Shown in pieces: positions 1 to 8,651 of a stretch of DNA of 64,000 bases. The stretch is from an uncultured Thermoanaerobaculia bacterium (GTDB lineage Bacteria > Acidobacteriota > Thermoanaerobaculia > Thermoanaerobaculales > Sulfomarinibacteraceae). The notes under the pieces were generated by a model. The model made no database searches, was not told the origin of the DNA, and was given only the letters and a program-made list of their open reading frames with translations. The DNA is taken from the NCBI GenBank assembly GCA_964423595.1, contig CAYRFI010000002.1, positions 8,567 to 72,566 of the forward strand. Reading direction: 5' to 3'. The position numbers were made by a program, and so were the translations under genes. How positions within the stretch are numbered: the first letter of the stretch is position 1; each line of letters opens with the position of its first letter.

Positions 1-1583
1 TCCCGCTCCGCACTGTGCTCTTCACCAAGCTTGCCAAGTTCGACGGCCGCAAGGTCTCCCGGCTCAAGGTGCGCGAGTTCAAACAAATCTCGGGCCGCGC
101 CGGGCGCAAGGGCTTTGACGATCAGGGCTACGTCGTGTGCCAGGCCCCCGAGGAGACGATTGAACGGTTGAAGGAACAGCGCAAGGCGGCCGCCAACCCC
201 AAGAAGCGTCCCAAGAAGGCGCCTGGCAAAGGGCGGCCCGGAGACGTCTCGTGGTCGGAGGAAACGTTCAGAAACCTCGTGACGAATCCACCGGAGAAGC
301 TGATCTCGCGCTTCCGCATCACCTCCGGGATGCTGGTCGATCTCCTACAGCGCGACGCCGCGATCAACGATCCCGAGGCCGGCAACTTCGCCTCGGTGCG
401 TCGACTGATCGCCGGTTGCCACGACGACGATGCCGGGAAACTGGGCCACCTCCAGCGCGCGGCGCAGCTCTGTCGATCACTGTACAGAGCCGGCATCATC
501 CGCATGGAGCGGGACACAGCCGGGAGCTATCTCTGGGTCACTGTCGATGAGGATCTACAGGTCGACTTCTCCCTGTTCCACAACCTCTCACTGTTCTTGA
601 TAGAGGCCATTGAAGGCCTCTATCAAGAAAACCCCGAACACGCGCTCGATCTTCTGAGCCTCGTCGAATCGGTGCTCGAAGATCCGACGATCGTCCTCCG
701 CCGCCAGGTGGACCGGCTCAAGACCGAACTCATCAATCGTCTCAAGGCCGAGGGGGTCTCCTACGAGGAGCGGATGAACCGGCTTGACGAGCTGACCCAC
801 CCGCAGCCGATCGCCGACTACATCCATGCCGCCTTCGATCACTTCCGCCGTGATCATCCATGGGTGGGCGGCGACGCCGTCCGGCCCAAATCGGTCGCGC
901 GAGAGATGGTCGAGGATTATCTGGGTTTCACGGATTACGTTCGCCGCTATGGCCTCCAGCGTTCCGAGGGCGTGCTCCTCCGCTACCTCTCCCAGGTCTA
1001 CAAGACTCTCGACCAGAATATCCCCGACCAGGCCAAAACCGAGGCGGTGCGCGACATCGTCGCCTTTCTGAGGGCGTTGCTCGAGCGGGTCGACACGTCG
1101 CTGATCGAAGAGTGGGAATCGCTGCGCCACCCCGAGCTGCTGCTCGAGGGCGCAGCCGATTCTAAAGCCGCTCATCGGGCGCTGGCGGCGCAAGAGCTCA
1201 GGAGCGATCCGGCGGCACTGGCTTCCCGGATGCGTGCCGAGCTCCACCAGCTGGTGGCCTCGCTCGCCCGCCGCGACTGGGAGGAGGCCGCTACCTGCGT
1301 TCGCCGTGCGGCGGATGAACCATCGGCCCTGGTTGAGCCTGACGATTTTTCGCACGCCTTAGAGGGTTTTTTCGCCGAACACGGGGAGCTCGTCTTCGAT
1401 CACCGTGCTCGTCTTGCCGAGCACACCCAGCTGACCCCCGAGGGCGACAACCTGTGGCGAGTCGTGCAGGTCCTGCTCGATCCGTCCGACGAAAACCTGT
1501 GGTGTATCGAAGGGCGGGTTGATCTCTCCGATGATGCGAATGTCGACGGGCCTCTCATTGTCGTGGCCCGAATAGGAACGTAA
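1..1583 (+). CDS. DEAD/DEAH-box (Ski2/HelY-like) helicase, C-terminal part; 5' end outside window
   Basis: Frame open to window edge. Helicase motif VI QISGRAGRKG at start of fragment, then a long helical C-terminal region as in DUF3516-type helicases. Stop TAA 1581-1583. Confidence 0.7.
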   Translation, partial: PLRTVLFTKLAKFDGRKVSRLKVREFKQISGRAGRKGFDDQGYVVCQAPEETIERLKEQRKAAANPKKRPKKAPGKGRPGDVSWSEETFRNLVTNPPEKLISRFRITSGMLVDLLQRDAAINDPEAGNFASVRRLIAGCHDDDAGKLGHLQRAAQLCRSLYRAGIIRMERDTAGSYLWVTVDEDLQVDFSLFHNLSLFLIEAIEGLYQENPEHALDLLSLVESVLEDPTIVLRRQVDRLKTELINRLKAEGVSYEERMNRLDELTHPQPIADYIHAAFDHFRRDHPWVGGDAVRPKSVAREMVEDYLGFTDYVRRYGLQRSEGVLLRYLSQVYKTLDQNIPDQAKTEAVRDIVAFLRALLERVDTSLIEEWESLRHPELLLEGAADSKAAHRALAAQELRSDPAALASRMRAELHQLVASLARRDWEEAATCVRRAADEPSALVEPDDFSHALEGFFAEHGELVFDHRARLAEHTQLTPEGDNLWRVVQVLLDPSDENLWCIEGRVDLSDDANVDGPLIVVARIGT

Positions 1584-1584
1584 G

Positions 1585-1689
1585 TCGAATTCGGAATTTT
1601 GAATTCTGAATTCCCAACCACCACACTCGGTGGTGGCGTCGCACAAAGTGGGTGGGAGGGCGGAATTCCGAATTGCGAATTCCGAATTG
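1585..1689. repeat. Intergenic heptad-array / G-run element, copy 1
   Basis: Left arm GAATTCG GAATTTT GAATTCT GAATTCC. Hairpin CCACCAC-N5-GTGGTGG (1618-1636). GGGTGGGAGGGCGG (1650-1663). Right arm GAATTCC GAATTGC GAATTCC GAATTGA. Confidence 0.8.
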
Positions 1690-1786
1690 ATTTCAAGTCA
1701 TATCTTGCCTAGACTTCGCATCCGCATGTAATATCCATCACATTTCTGTGATCGTTCAATTGCTACTCTGAAGATGGAAGGCACCA

Positions 1787-2257
1787 ATGAGAACTGTCTG
1801 GAGAATAGCCGCTTATGTGCTATGCGTGGTGTTGCACGCGTCGGGAACGCCGAACCCGACGGTCGCCACCACCGGTCAGACCCAGTGTCTCTCGTTCGCA
1901 GAGGCGGAGGCGCGCGGGCTGAGCATCACCACGCTGCGCGAGGAGTACACCGTCGCGGTCGAGGCCTTCCCGAATGAAAAGGCCGAGCTGGCCGAGGCAT
2001 GGAGCGAGCTGCAGTACACGTTGCGCGATCATCTTCGGGAAAGCGGAGAAAACGACCTCGGTGGGCGCTCAATGTTCAGCGTCGTGCTCTTCGAACCCGA
2101 CGGCCGCATCGCCTGGATGTTTTACCGTGGTCTGGAGCCGGACGAGGAGCCGGTCTTTTGCGAGGTCGTAGAGAAGCTGTCCGGGGAGTATCGGTTCCCG
2201 CTTCAGTCATCGACCCGCTTCAGCCAGTGCGGCACCACTCTCTTCAAAGGCGAATAA
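1787..2257 (+). CDS. Hypothetical secreted protein
   Basis: 156-aa ORF with hydrophobic N-terminal signal-like segment (WRIAAYVLCVVLHASG). No recognisable family motif. Confidence 0.5.
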   Translation: MRTVWRIAAYVLCVVLHASGTPNPTVATTGQTQCLSFAEAEARGLSITTLREEYTVAVEAFPNEKAELAEAWSELQYTLRDHLRESGENDLGGRSMFSVVLFEPDGRIAWMFYRGLEPDEEPVFCEVVEKLSGEYRFPLQSSTRFSQCGTTLFKGE

Positions 2258-2319
2258 ATCTACCGCCCACTGTCTCTTGAACGAGGGTGGACAGGAGTTC
2301 CTCTTTCCGAACGGCGTCA

Positions 2320-2838
2320 TCAGTTGCGGACGAATGTGCGGGCCTGGCGATCCTTTTTCACGCCTGGGAACTGAAGCACGCGGTTGTGCATGGCGACGTA
2401 GACGCCGCCATCGAGGAGGCGCGATGCGAGGAGGGCCTCGGTCACGTTCTGGGTCGCGTCGGTGTCGCGAAACTCGTAGGGTCGCATGGCGCCGGTGAGG
2501 ATGACGGGGATCGAGAGGTCGGTGCAGCTCTCGTACAGGTAATCGCCCGTATCGGCCAAGGTGTCGGTTCCGTGCAGGATGACGATCCCGTCCGACTTGG
2601 GGGCTGCGTCGCAGACCGCTTTCGCGATGATCTTTCGATCCTCCTCGGTCATGTCGAGAGAGTCCTTGTGCATCACCTCGACGTGACGAATGAAGAGATC
2701 CGGAATCCGCAGACCGTCGAGAATCACGTCAAGGACCGTGTGCGAGTTGCGCAGACTGCCCTGGAACTCGTCATAGGTCTTGTCGATCGTGCCGCCGGTA
2801 GTCAAGATTGTCAGTTTCATAATTTCGTCCAAAGACAT
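2320..2838 (-). CDS. Asparaginase-domain protein (short, N-terminal-domain type)
   Basis: TTGGTIDK catalytic-Thr motif near N-terminus and ILHGTDTLADTG second asparaginase motif. 172 aa. Confidence 0.75.
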   Translation of the reverse strand: MSLDEIMKLTILTTGGTIDKTYDEFQGSLRNSHTVLDVILDGLRIPDLFIRHVEVMHKDSLDMTEEDRKIIAKAVCDAAPKSDGIVILHGTDTLADTGDYLYESCTDLSIPVILTGAMRPYEFRDTDATQNVTEALLASRLLDGGVYVAMHNRVLQFPGVKKDRQARTFVRN

Positions 2839-2951
2839 ATTTCGAATTTCGGATTGCGAATTTCGGATTTTCCACCCACCCGCCCGAAAAATCTAGACCG
2901 TGGGAGGGCAGTGGTCAAATCCGAAATCCGAATTTCGAAATACGAAATCAG
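2839..2951. repeat. Intergenic heptad-array / G-run element, copy 2
   Basis: Left arm ATTTCGA ATTTCGG ATTGCGA ATTTCGG. Core CCACCCACCCGCCC (2872-2885; minus strand GGGCGGGTGGGTGG). Right arm AAATCCG AAATCCG AATTTCG AAATACG AAATCAG (2917-2951), inverted relative to the left arm and overlapping the kdsD stop. Confidence 0.8.
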
Positions 2952-3904
2952 AAAAGGCCGACGCCCCACAGGTCGTGGAGGTGCAGAACGCCCTTCAGCG
3001 GGCCATCGCCGTCGCAGACCATGAGCGAGGTGATTCTTCTTTCTTCGAGCAGCTTGAGCGCCGCAGTCGCCAGCTCGTCGGCGTTGATGCAGACACCGCC
3101 CGTGTGCATGACCTCGCTTGCGGTGTGGGCGAGCGGATCCGGGTCCCGCTCCATGAGCCGCCGCAAATCGCCGTCGGTGATGACCCCCAGCAACCGACCG
3201 GCGTCATCCTGAACAGTGGTCATGCCGAGTGCCTTGCGGCTCATCTCGTAGATCACGTCCTTCATCGCAGCGTCCGCGGTCACCCGCGGCACCTCTTCGC
3301 CGGAATGCATCAGCTCGCCGACCTTGAGGAATCGCTTCCCGAGCTTGCCGCCGGGATGGAGACGTGCGAAGTCTTCTTCCTTGAAGCCCTTCTTTACGGA
3401 CACCGCCATCGCCAGAGCATCGCCGAGGGCGAGGCTGGCTGTGGTCGAAGCGGTCGGCGCCAGGTTCATCGGACACGCCTCACGCCGCACTCCAACGTCC
3501 AGATGGAGGTCCGCGGCCTTGGCCAGCGCCGACTCCGGATTGGAGGTGATTGCGATCAGCGAAATCCCGATTCGTCGCAGTATGGCCAGCAGTTCGAGAA
3601 TCTCCTCGGTGGTTCCTGAGTTGGAGACCGCCACCACGAGATCGTTCTCGGTGACCATCCCGAGATCGCCATGGATGGCCTCTGCCGGATGCATGAAGAG
3701 TGCCGGAGTGCCGGTAGACCTCATGGTGGCAGAAATCTTGCGGCAGATGATGCCGGACTTGCCCAAACCGGTGAACACGACTCTTCCGACACAGCCCGCG
3801 ATGAGGTCCACCGCGCGATCGAACTCCTCGGGCAGATTCTCCATCAGGTTGCGGATGGCGTTGGCCTCGACCTCGAGCACCTGGAGGGCAACTTCGCGAC
3901 TCAC
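2948..3904 (-). CDS. kdsD: Arabinose-5-phosphate isomerase (KpsF/GutQ family; SIS + tandem CBS)
   Basis: VVFTGLGKSGIICRKISATMRSTGTPALFMHPAEAIHGDLGMV SIS signature, C-terminal CBS pair. 4-nt overlap with kdsA upstream. Confidence 0.85.
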   Translation of the reverse strand: MSREVALQVLEVEANAIRNLMENLPEEFDRAVDLIAGCVGRVVFTGLGKSGIICRKISATMRSTGTPALFMHPAEAIHGDLGMVTENDLVVAVSNSGTTEEILELLAILRRIGISLIAITSNPESALAKAADLHLDVGVRREACPMNLAPTASTTASLALGDALAMAVSVKKGFKEEDFARLHPGGKLGKRFLKVGELMHSGEEVPRVTADAAMKDVIYEMSRKALGMTTVQDDAGRLLGVITDGDLRRLMERDPDPLAHTASEVMHTGGVCINADELATAALKLLEERRITSLMVCDGDGPLKGVLHLHDLWGVGLF

Positions 3905-4734
3905 GGCGCCACCTCCCGGACTGCGGTAGACACCGCCTCGAGCTGTCCTATCAACCGATCGAACTCATCGAACGACAGCTGCGTAGCGGCATCGGATAGC
4001 GCTTTCGACGGGTTGGGGTGGACCTCGAGGAAGAAGCCATCGACCCCTGCCCCGGCCGCCGCCCGAGCCAGGTAGGAGTGAAATTTGCGCGAGCCACCAG
4101 TAGCGTGGCCGAGCTCACCCGGAAGCTGCAGCGAGTGGGTGACATCGAAGATCACCGGCGCAAAGCCCCGCATGGTCGGCAGCCCTCGCATGTCGACCAC
4201 TAAATTGTGATAGCCGAAGGTGGATCCCCGCTCCGTGAGCACCACGCGCTTGTTGCCGGTAGCTGCGATCTTTTCGACCGCGTTGGCCATGTCTTCGGGG
4301 GCCAAAAACTGGCCCTTTTTGACGTTGACCGGCAACCCGGTTTCGCCGCAGGCGTGGAGGAGATCGGTCTGTCGGCAGAGGAAAGCCGGCACCTGGAGGA
4401 CATCGACCACCTCGGCCGCGCGTGCCGCCTGCTCGGGATGGTGAACATCCGTGATCACCGGCAACCCTGTCGCTCGTTTGACCTCGTTCAGGGCCTCGAG
4501 TCCCACCTCTTCACCGGGCCCGCGAAAGCTCGACTCGGCGGAGCGGTTGGCTTTGTCGAAAGATGCCTTGAAGACCAGCGGCACGCCGTGGCGTCCGGCG
4601 ATCTCGCGAATCATTCCGGCCACCTCGACCACGAAATCCCGCGACTCGATAACGCACGGACCGGCGATGTAGACCGGCCGCGCACCGCCACCAATCTTCA
4701 GTCTGTCAACGAGATCGAAACCGTGACTCGCCAT
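3901..4734 (-). CDS. kdsA: 3-deoxy-8-phosphooctulonate (Kdo-8-P) synthase
   Basis: AGPCVIES, FKASFDKANRS, KKGQF, DVTHSLQLPG motifs. Start placed at ATG 4734 (MASHGFDL). The longer tracked ORF (to 5070) runs into the neighbouring gene. Confidence 0.9.
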   Translation of the reverse strand: MASHGFDLVDRLKIGGGARPVYIAGPCVIESRDFVVEVAGMIREIAGRHGVPLVFKASFDKANRSAESSFRGPGEEVGLEALNEVKRATGLPVITDVHHPEQAARAAEVVDVLQVPAFLCRQTDLLHACGETGLPVNVKKGQFLAPEDMANAVEKIAATGNKRVVLTERGSTFGYHNLVVDMRGLPTMRGFAPVIFDVTHSLQLPGELGHATGGSRKFHSYLARAAAGAGVDGFFLEVHPNPSKALSDAATQLSFDEFDRLIGQLEAVSTAVREVAP

Positions 4735-4793
4735 CGCGGGACAGTGTAGCAGCAGAGGAGCGAAGGATGACAATCGGACAAACAGGACGATTC

Positions 4794-6164
4794 TCAGCGC
4801 AATCCGAGCTTTTCGAGCTTGTCGTAAAGGGTGGAGCGCGAGATCCCGAGGATCTTCGCTGTGCGCTGGATGTTGGATTCCGTGATCTCGAGCACCCGCC
4901 GGATGTGTTCCTCCTCGATCTCGGCTAGGGATTTCGCATTCGTTTCGTCGATTGAACTTGACGAACGCAGCCCGCTCGGGAGGTGGGCCGGCATGATCCT
5001 GGTGCTTGTCCCCGCCCTGATCATCGCGGACTCGATCACGTTGCGAAGCTCGCGGGCATTCCCCGGCCATGAGTATCGGAGAAGAATCTCCTGCGCCTGC
5101 GGCGTAATGTCGGCGATCTCCCGCGTGACCAGAGGATTGAGGGCCCGCACGAAGTGCTGGGCGAGCTCGATGACGTCTTCACCCCGCTCCCGAAGCGGTG
5201 GGATATCGATCCGAAAGACCTCGAACCGATAGTACAGGTCGGCCCGAAAGCGTCCCTCGGCGACCTCGGTCGCGAGATCTCTATGCGAAGCAACGATGAA
5301 GCGCACGTCGGTCGTCAACTCGCGAACGCCTCCGACGCGCCGAAAGGTCCGGTTTTCGACGGCCTTCAGCAGCTTGCCCTGTGCCTGCGGTTGGAGTTCG
5401 GCGATTTCGTCCAAGAACACCGTTCCACCACTCGCGACCTCCAGCAAGCCCGGCTTGCGAATCGTCGCCCCGGTGAAGGCGCCCTTTTCGTGGCCAAAAA
5501 GCTCGGATTCGACCAGGGCCTCCGGCAGGCTGGCGCAGTTGACTTCGGTGAACGGCCCTGTCGCCCGCGGTGACAGGCCGTGGATACCTCGGGCAACGAT
5601 GTCCTTGCCGGTTCCCGTCTCCCCGTGCAAGACAACGGCGGATTCGGTACCCGCTACGGCGGCGACCTGCTCACGCACCCGTTTGATGACCTCGCTCGAG
5701 CCGATGAGCTCCGACAGGATTTGACCCTCTTCCGCTGCCCGCGACGCGTTGGCCTCCCTGTAGACCGACACCTTGCTGAGCGCCCGATGACGTTCGAGCG
5801 TCCGATCCACCGCCTTGGACAGAATCTCAAGCGTTACCGGTTTGGGTAGGAAATCATCAGCGCCACGCAGCATCGCTTCGACAACTGTTTGGATATCCGT
5901 CTGGCCGGTCAGCACCACCACCGATACCAGCTCGTCGCCGCCCTTCAGCCGGGGCAATAGATCGATGCCGTCCTCGTCCGGCAGCCCAAGGTCGAGCAGC
6001 ACGAGATCGATCGTACGCTCGGCGAGGAAGGCCTGCGCATCTGCGGAGGTCCTGACACTGTGCACCGTGTGGCCGTGACCCTGCAGCCAATCACAGAGGG
6101 CTGCGGAGGTGTCTGGATCGTCCTCGACGACGAGAATTCGACTTTCCGTTTGGGATGGCGCCAT
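4794..6164 (-). CDS. Sigma-54-dependent response regulator (NtrC family: REC-AAA+-Fis HTH)
   Basis: REC (ILVVEDDPD...LVLLDLGLPDEDG), Walker A GETGTGKD, sigma-54 contact loop EKGAFTGA, C-terminal HTH RTAKILGISRSTLYDKL. Start at ATG 6164. Confidence 0.9.
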   Translation of the reverse strand: MAPSQTESRILVVEDDPDTSAALCDWLQGHGHTVHSVRTSADAQAFLAERTIDLVLLDLGLPDEDGIDLLPRLKGGDELVSVVVLTGQTDIQTVVEAMLRGADDFLPKPVTLEILSKAVDRTLERHRALSKVSVYREANASRAAEEGQILSELIGSSEVIKRVREQVAAVAGTESAVVLHGETGTGKDIVARGIHGLSPRATGPFTEVNCASLPEALVESELFGHEKGAFTGATIRKPGLLEVASGGTVFLDEIAELQPQAQGKLLKAVENRTFRRVGGVRELTTDVRFIVASHRDLATEVAEGRFRADLYYRFEVFRIDIPPLRERGEDVIELAQHFVRALNPLVTREIADITPQAQEILLRYSWPGNARELRNVIESAMIRAGTSTRIMPAHLPSGLRSSSSIDETNAKSLAEIEEEHIRRVLEITESNIQRTAKILGISRSTLYDKLEKLGLR

Positions 6165-6350
6165 ATCGGTCTGATTGTACCGGAACCGCATGCAGCCCGG
6201 ACTTCGGACCAACGGGCACGATCTCTGGGAACGAATTCGCACGTATGTCCGATTCCCGGACGGCCCGGCTCGATCGCGCCCGCTGACCCGCGTCGTAGCG
6301 TTGGTGCAGGGCCTTTCGCGGGCAACGGCGACCTGCAGCCCCTGATTGCT

Positions 6351-6369
6351 GTGTCGTATTTCCGTACAC
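6351..6369. promoter_or_regulatory. Candidate enhancer (UAS) palindrome GTGTC-N9-TACAC
   Basis: GTGTCGTATTTCCGTACAC centred about 88 bp upstream of the GG of the 6447 sigma-54 promoter. A T9 tract (6411-6419) lies between them. Confidence 0.45.
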
Positions 6370-6446
6370 CCGTCGCCCGTCGACCTGCGACTCGTTCAAC
6401 GTCATAAACCTTTTTTTTTCAATTCATTACAGTCAGCCGGGCGACC

Positions 6447-6462
6447 TGGCATCAACCTTGCT
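6447..6462 (+). promoter_or_regulatory. Sigma-54 (-24/-12) promoter P1
   Basis: TGGCAT-CAACC-TTGCT with exact GG-N10-GC spacing. RBS GAGGAG 6475-6480 and ATG 6486 follow. Confidence 0.8.
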
Positions 6463-6485
6463 CTATCTGCCCGCGAGGAGGCCGA

Positions 6486-6905
6486 ATGAACTTCCGGCAC
6501 TGCACATCTCGATCGTCCCACCCCCTTGGCAAGGCCATCGTCGGTCTGTGCTCCCTTCTGGTGTGTCTTCTGATCTCCTCAGGCTCCGCATCGGCCGCAG
6601 ACGCCGGCGGTTCGGGTGGCTCGGTCTCCTATTCCATCCGCCTTGAGGTCGGGCTCTCCGGCCTCAATGGCGGGGGGTATGCCTCAATTGGAATGGAACA
6701 GAACGGCCCTGCCGTCGTCAGAGAGGTACTCGTTCCAAACCTCATAACCACGCTCGCCGATCGCTATCAGCGCCGGCAAGTGGAAGAAATCATCGCCAGT
6801 GTCGCGAATCAGTCTGTCGTCGTCATCGACGGCCAGGGGTTTGCGGTCAGCCCGTCCCAGGAAACCTGGGTGGCGTCGTCCGACGGAACGGTTCATTCGA
6901 TATGA
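6486..6905 (+). CDS. Small secreted protein, unknown function (first gene of sigma-54 cluster)
   Basis: Signal peptide ending SGSASA-AD, Gly-rich mature N-terminus. Preceded by RBS and sigma-54 promoter. Confidence 0.65.
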   Translation: MNFRHCTSRSSHPLGKAIVGLCSLLVCLLISSGSASAADAGGSGGSVSYSIRLEVGLSGLNGGGYASIGMEQNGPAVVREVLVPNLITTLADRYQRRQVEEIIASVANQSVVVIDGQGFAVSPSQETWVASSDGTVHSI

Positions 6906-7144
6906 CCGCGGAAAAGAAGGAGAATCCAGGTGTCAGAGGTCGGGAAACCGGTTTCCGGGGGCGTGTCCTCAAGGTTGGGTGGCACCAAACGGTGGCGCTC
7001 CCGGTTCATTGACTCCGGCTTCTGACTCCTGGGTTCTCGTTTTTCCGGCCCTCTCCACTCCCTCCCGGCGTCCGCCGGCGTTCGTTCTGCACCACAATGA
7101 TACAAAAGGTCCCGTCTCGGGCCTCTCAAACTCGATCCCAAAGT

Positions 7145-7160
7145 TGGCATGGCACTTGCT
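7145..7160 (+). promoter_or_regulatory. Sigma-54 (-24/-12) promoter P2
   Basis: TGGCAT-GGCAC-TTGCT with exact spacing. About 190 nt upstream of ATG 7353, which implies a long leader. Confidence 0.75.
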
Positions 7161-7352
7161 GCTTTGTTGGGCGTGAGATGAGCGACGTGTGATTCGTCGA
7201 GCGCCGTGCCCGGGTTCAACGCCACCCTCCGAATCCGGACACGCAACCCTTCGAATCGGGCCGCCCAGCACGCACTCCATCTCATATCGGAAGTTCACCG
7301 GCCTGACAACGGCCACACGACAATCGGAAAACAGAGAAAAGGAGTACGAACA

Positions 7353-7955
7353 ATGAAAAAGTGTCTCATCGCCAGTTTGATCATCATGGGTGCTGCCCTG
7401 GTAGCACCGGGAACGGCGTCAGCGCAAGCTCAAGGATCCACTGACATCGACATCTCGCTGCCAGACATCGTGATCCTCCACTACTTCAGCAACGTGGACA
7501 TTGCGATCACCCAGTCCGCCCTCGGCACCTTTTTGACCGGGGCGGCCGGCAATGCGGCCGTTGACGAAGGCAGTGCATCGCCCGCGGCCGGAGGATTCAC
7601 GCAGAACGTCGCCCTCGCACCAACGGCCCTGAGCGGCGATCCGTCCAGCGCTCTGCTCACGATTCGTAACGCGTGGGCGGTCCGCTCGATCTCGCTCGCC
7701 GGCGGGACCGACACGCAGCTCGTGATCACCAACACCGACAACACGCTCGACCACACCTCGACAGCAGCTTCGATCACGGTCACCAACGTCGCCGTGGACG
7801 ACGGCTCCAGCAACGGTTCGACGATCACTTTCCCGGCACCCGGCCTGGTGAGCCCCCGGATGGGAGATGTCGAGCTCACGCTCGACCTCACCGCCGCGGT
7901 CAACGCCGGTGACTACCTCGACGGCGAGTACACCCTTACAGCGTCGAATATCTGA
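7353..7955 (+). CDS. Secreted fibre-subunit-like protein (SCPU/DUF4402-like C-terminal strand)
   Basis: RBS AAAGGAG 7338-7344, signal peptide MKKCLIASLIIMGAALVAPGTASA. Alternating hydrophobic N-terminus DIDISLPDIVILHY. C-terminus AGDYLDGEYTLTASNI. Confidence 0.6.
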   Translation: MKKCLIASLIIMGAALVAPGTASAQAQGSTDIDISLPDIVILHYFSNVDIAITQSALGTFLTGAAGNAAVDEGSASPAAGGFTQNVALAPTALSGDPSSALLTIRNAWAVRSISLAGGTDTQLVITNTDNTLDHTSTAASITVTNVAVDDGSSNGSTITFPAPGLVSPRMGDVELTLDLTAAVNAGDYLDGEYTLTASNI

Positions 7956-7972
7956 AAACCCGACACGAGGCA

Positions 7973-8004
7973 GACGGTCTGGCGCCACACGGCGCCAGAC
8001 CGTC
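7973..8004 (+). promoter_or_regulatory. Perfect 14-bp stem-loop between subunit genes (attenuator or mRNA stabiliser candidate)
   Basis: GACGGTCTGGCGCC-ACAC-GGCGCCAGACCGTC with every position paired. No T-tract downstream. Confidence 0.7.
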
Positions 8005-8035
8005 GCGGCCACTCGGATCGAGCGAGGGACCCATC

Positions 8036-8620
8036 ATGAATAACCGTCTCACACTCTGCCTTCTGAGCCTGATCATCCTGGCATCCGTCCAGGCGTCGGC
8101 GGGGAATGGCGGCGGTCAGTCGGGCAAGAGTTCCGACTGGGACGAATTCGCTCAGGAGTCGAAGTTCACCTGGAAGCACCACATCAATCTGAAACGAATC
8201 ACCGCCGACGAACTCACCGGCTCCGCGACATCCCGGGGCAACTCATCTTCGCTCGCAATCGCAACAACGAACGGCTACGGTGTCACCCCGTCACTCGACC
8301 TCGGATCCATCTCCGGTACAGTCGTCCGAATCGTTCAATCCCTGTGGCGACTGCGTGTGCCCTCACCGGCCTCCGGCGATGATCTCGACATTTACTACGA
8401 GGTTGTCGGCCTCAACGGCCATCGCGGCTGCTTCAGTCACGAGGACCAACCGGAATCGGAAATCTCAGTCACCGTCCATCCTGCGGTCCCATTCGTGAGC
8501 GAACGGGGTCAGCACTGGTCCTTCATCGAAGGCGACGTGGTGTTGCACCTCGACATCAACAGCGCCCAGACGGCCGGCAGGTACAGCGGAACGATGACCA
8601 TCACCGTCCACCAGCTCTGA
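8036..8620 (+). CDS. Second secreted fibre-subunit-like protein
   Basis: Signal peptide MNNRLTLCLLSLIILASVQASA. C-terminus AGRYSGTMTITVHQL matches the same G-x-Y-x-G-x-x-T-h-T-h motif. Confidence 0.55.
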   Translation: MNNRLTLCLLSLIILASVQASAGNGGGQSGKSSDWDEFAQESKFTWKHHINLKRITADELTGSATSRGNSSSLAIATTNGYGVTPSLDLGSISGTVVRIVQSLWRLRVPSPASGDDLDIYYEVVGLNGHRGCFSHEDQPESEISVTVHPAVPFVSERGQHWSFIEGDVVLHLDINSAQTAGRYSGTMTITVHQL

Positions 8621-8651
8621 TCGCCGGCACAGCTCCTCTGGAAGGAAACAC

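Noticed and set aside
3901-5070. N-terminal extensions of tracked ORFs. Examples: kdsA to 5070, HD-GYP regulator from 16483, GspE to 27737, Usp to 51963, EBP to 6242, hybrid kinase to 16890.
   Set aside because: The extensions run into neighbouring genes or intergenic DNA and have no family similarity. Internal ATG/GTG codons with RBS-like sequences give N-termini that match the families.
6943-6956. Palindrome GGAAACCGGTTTCC after the 6486-6905 gene as a terminator.
   Set aside because: It has no loop and no T-tract, so the hairpin would be very short. It may be a protein-binding site, but there is nothing to support either role.
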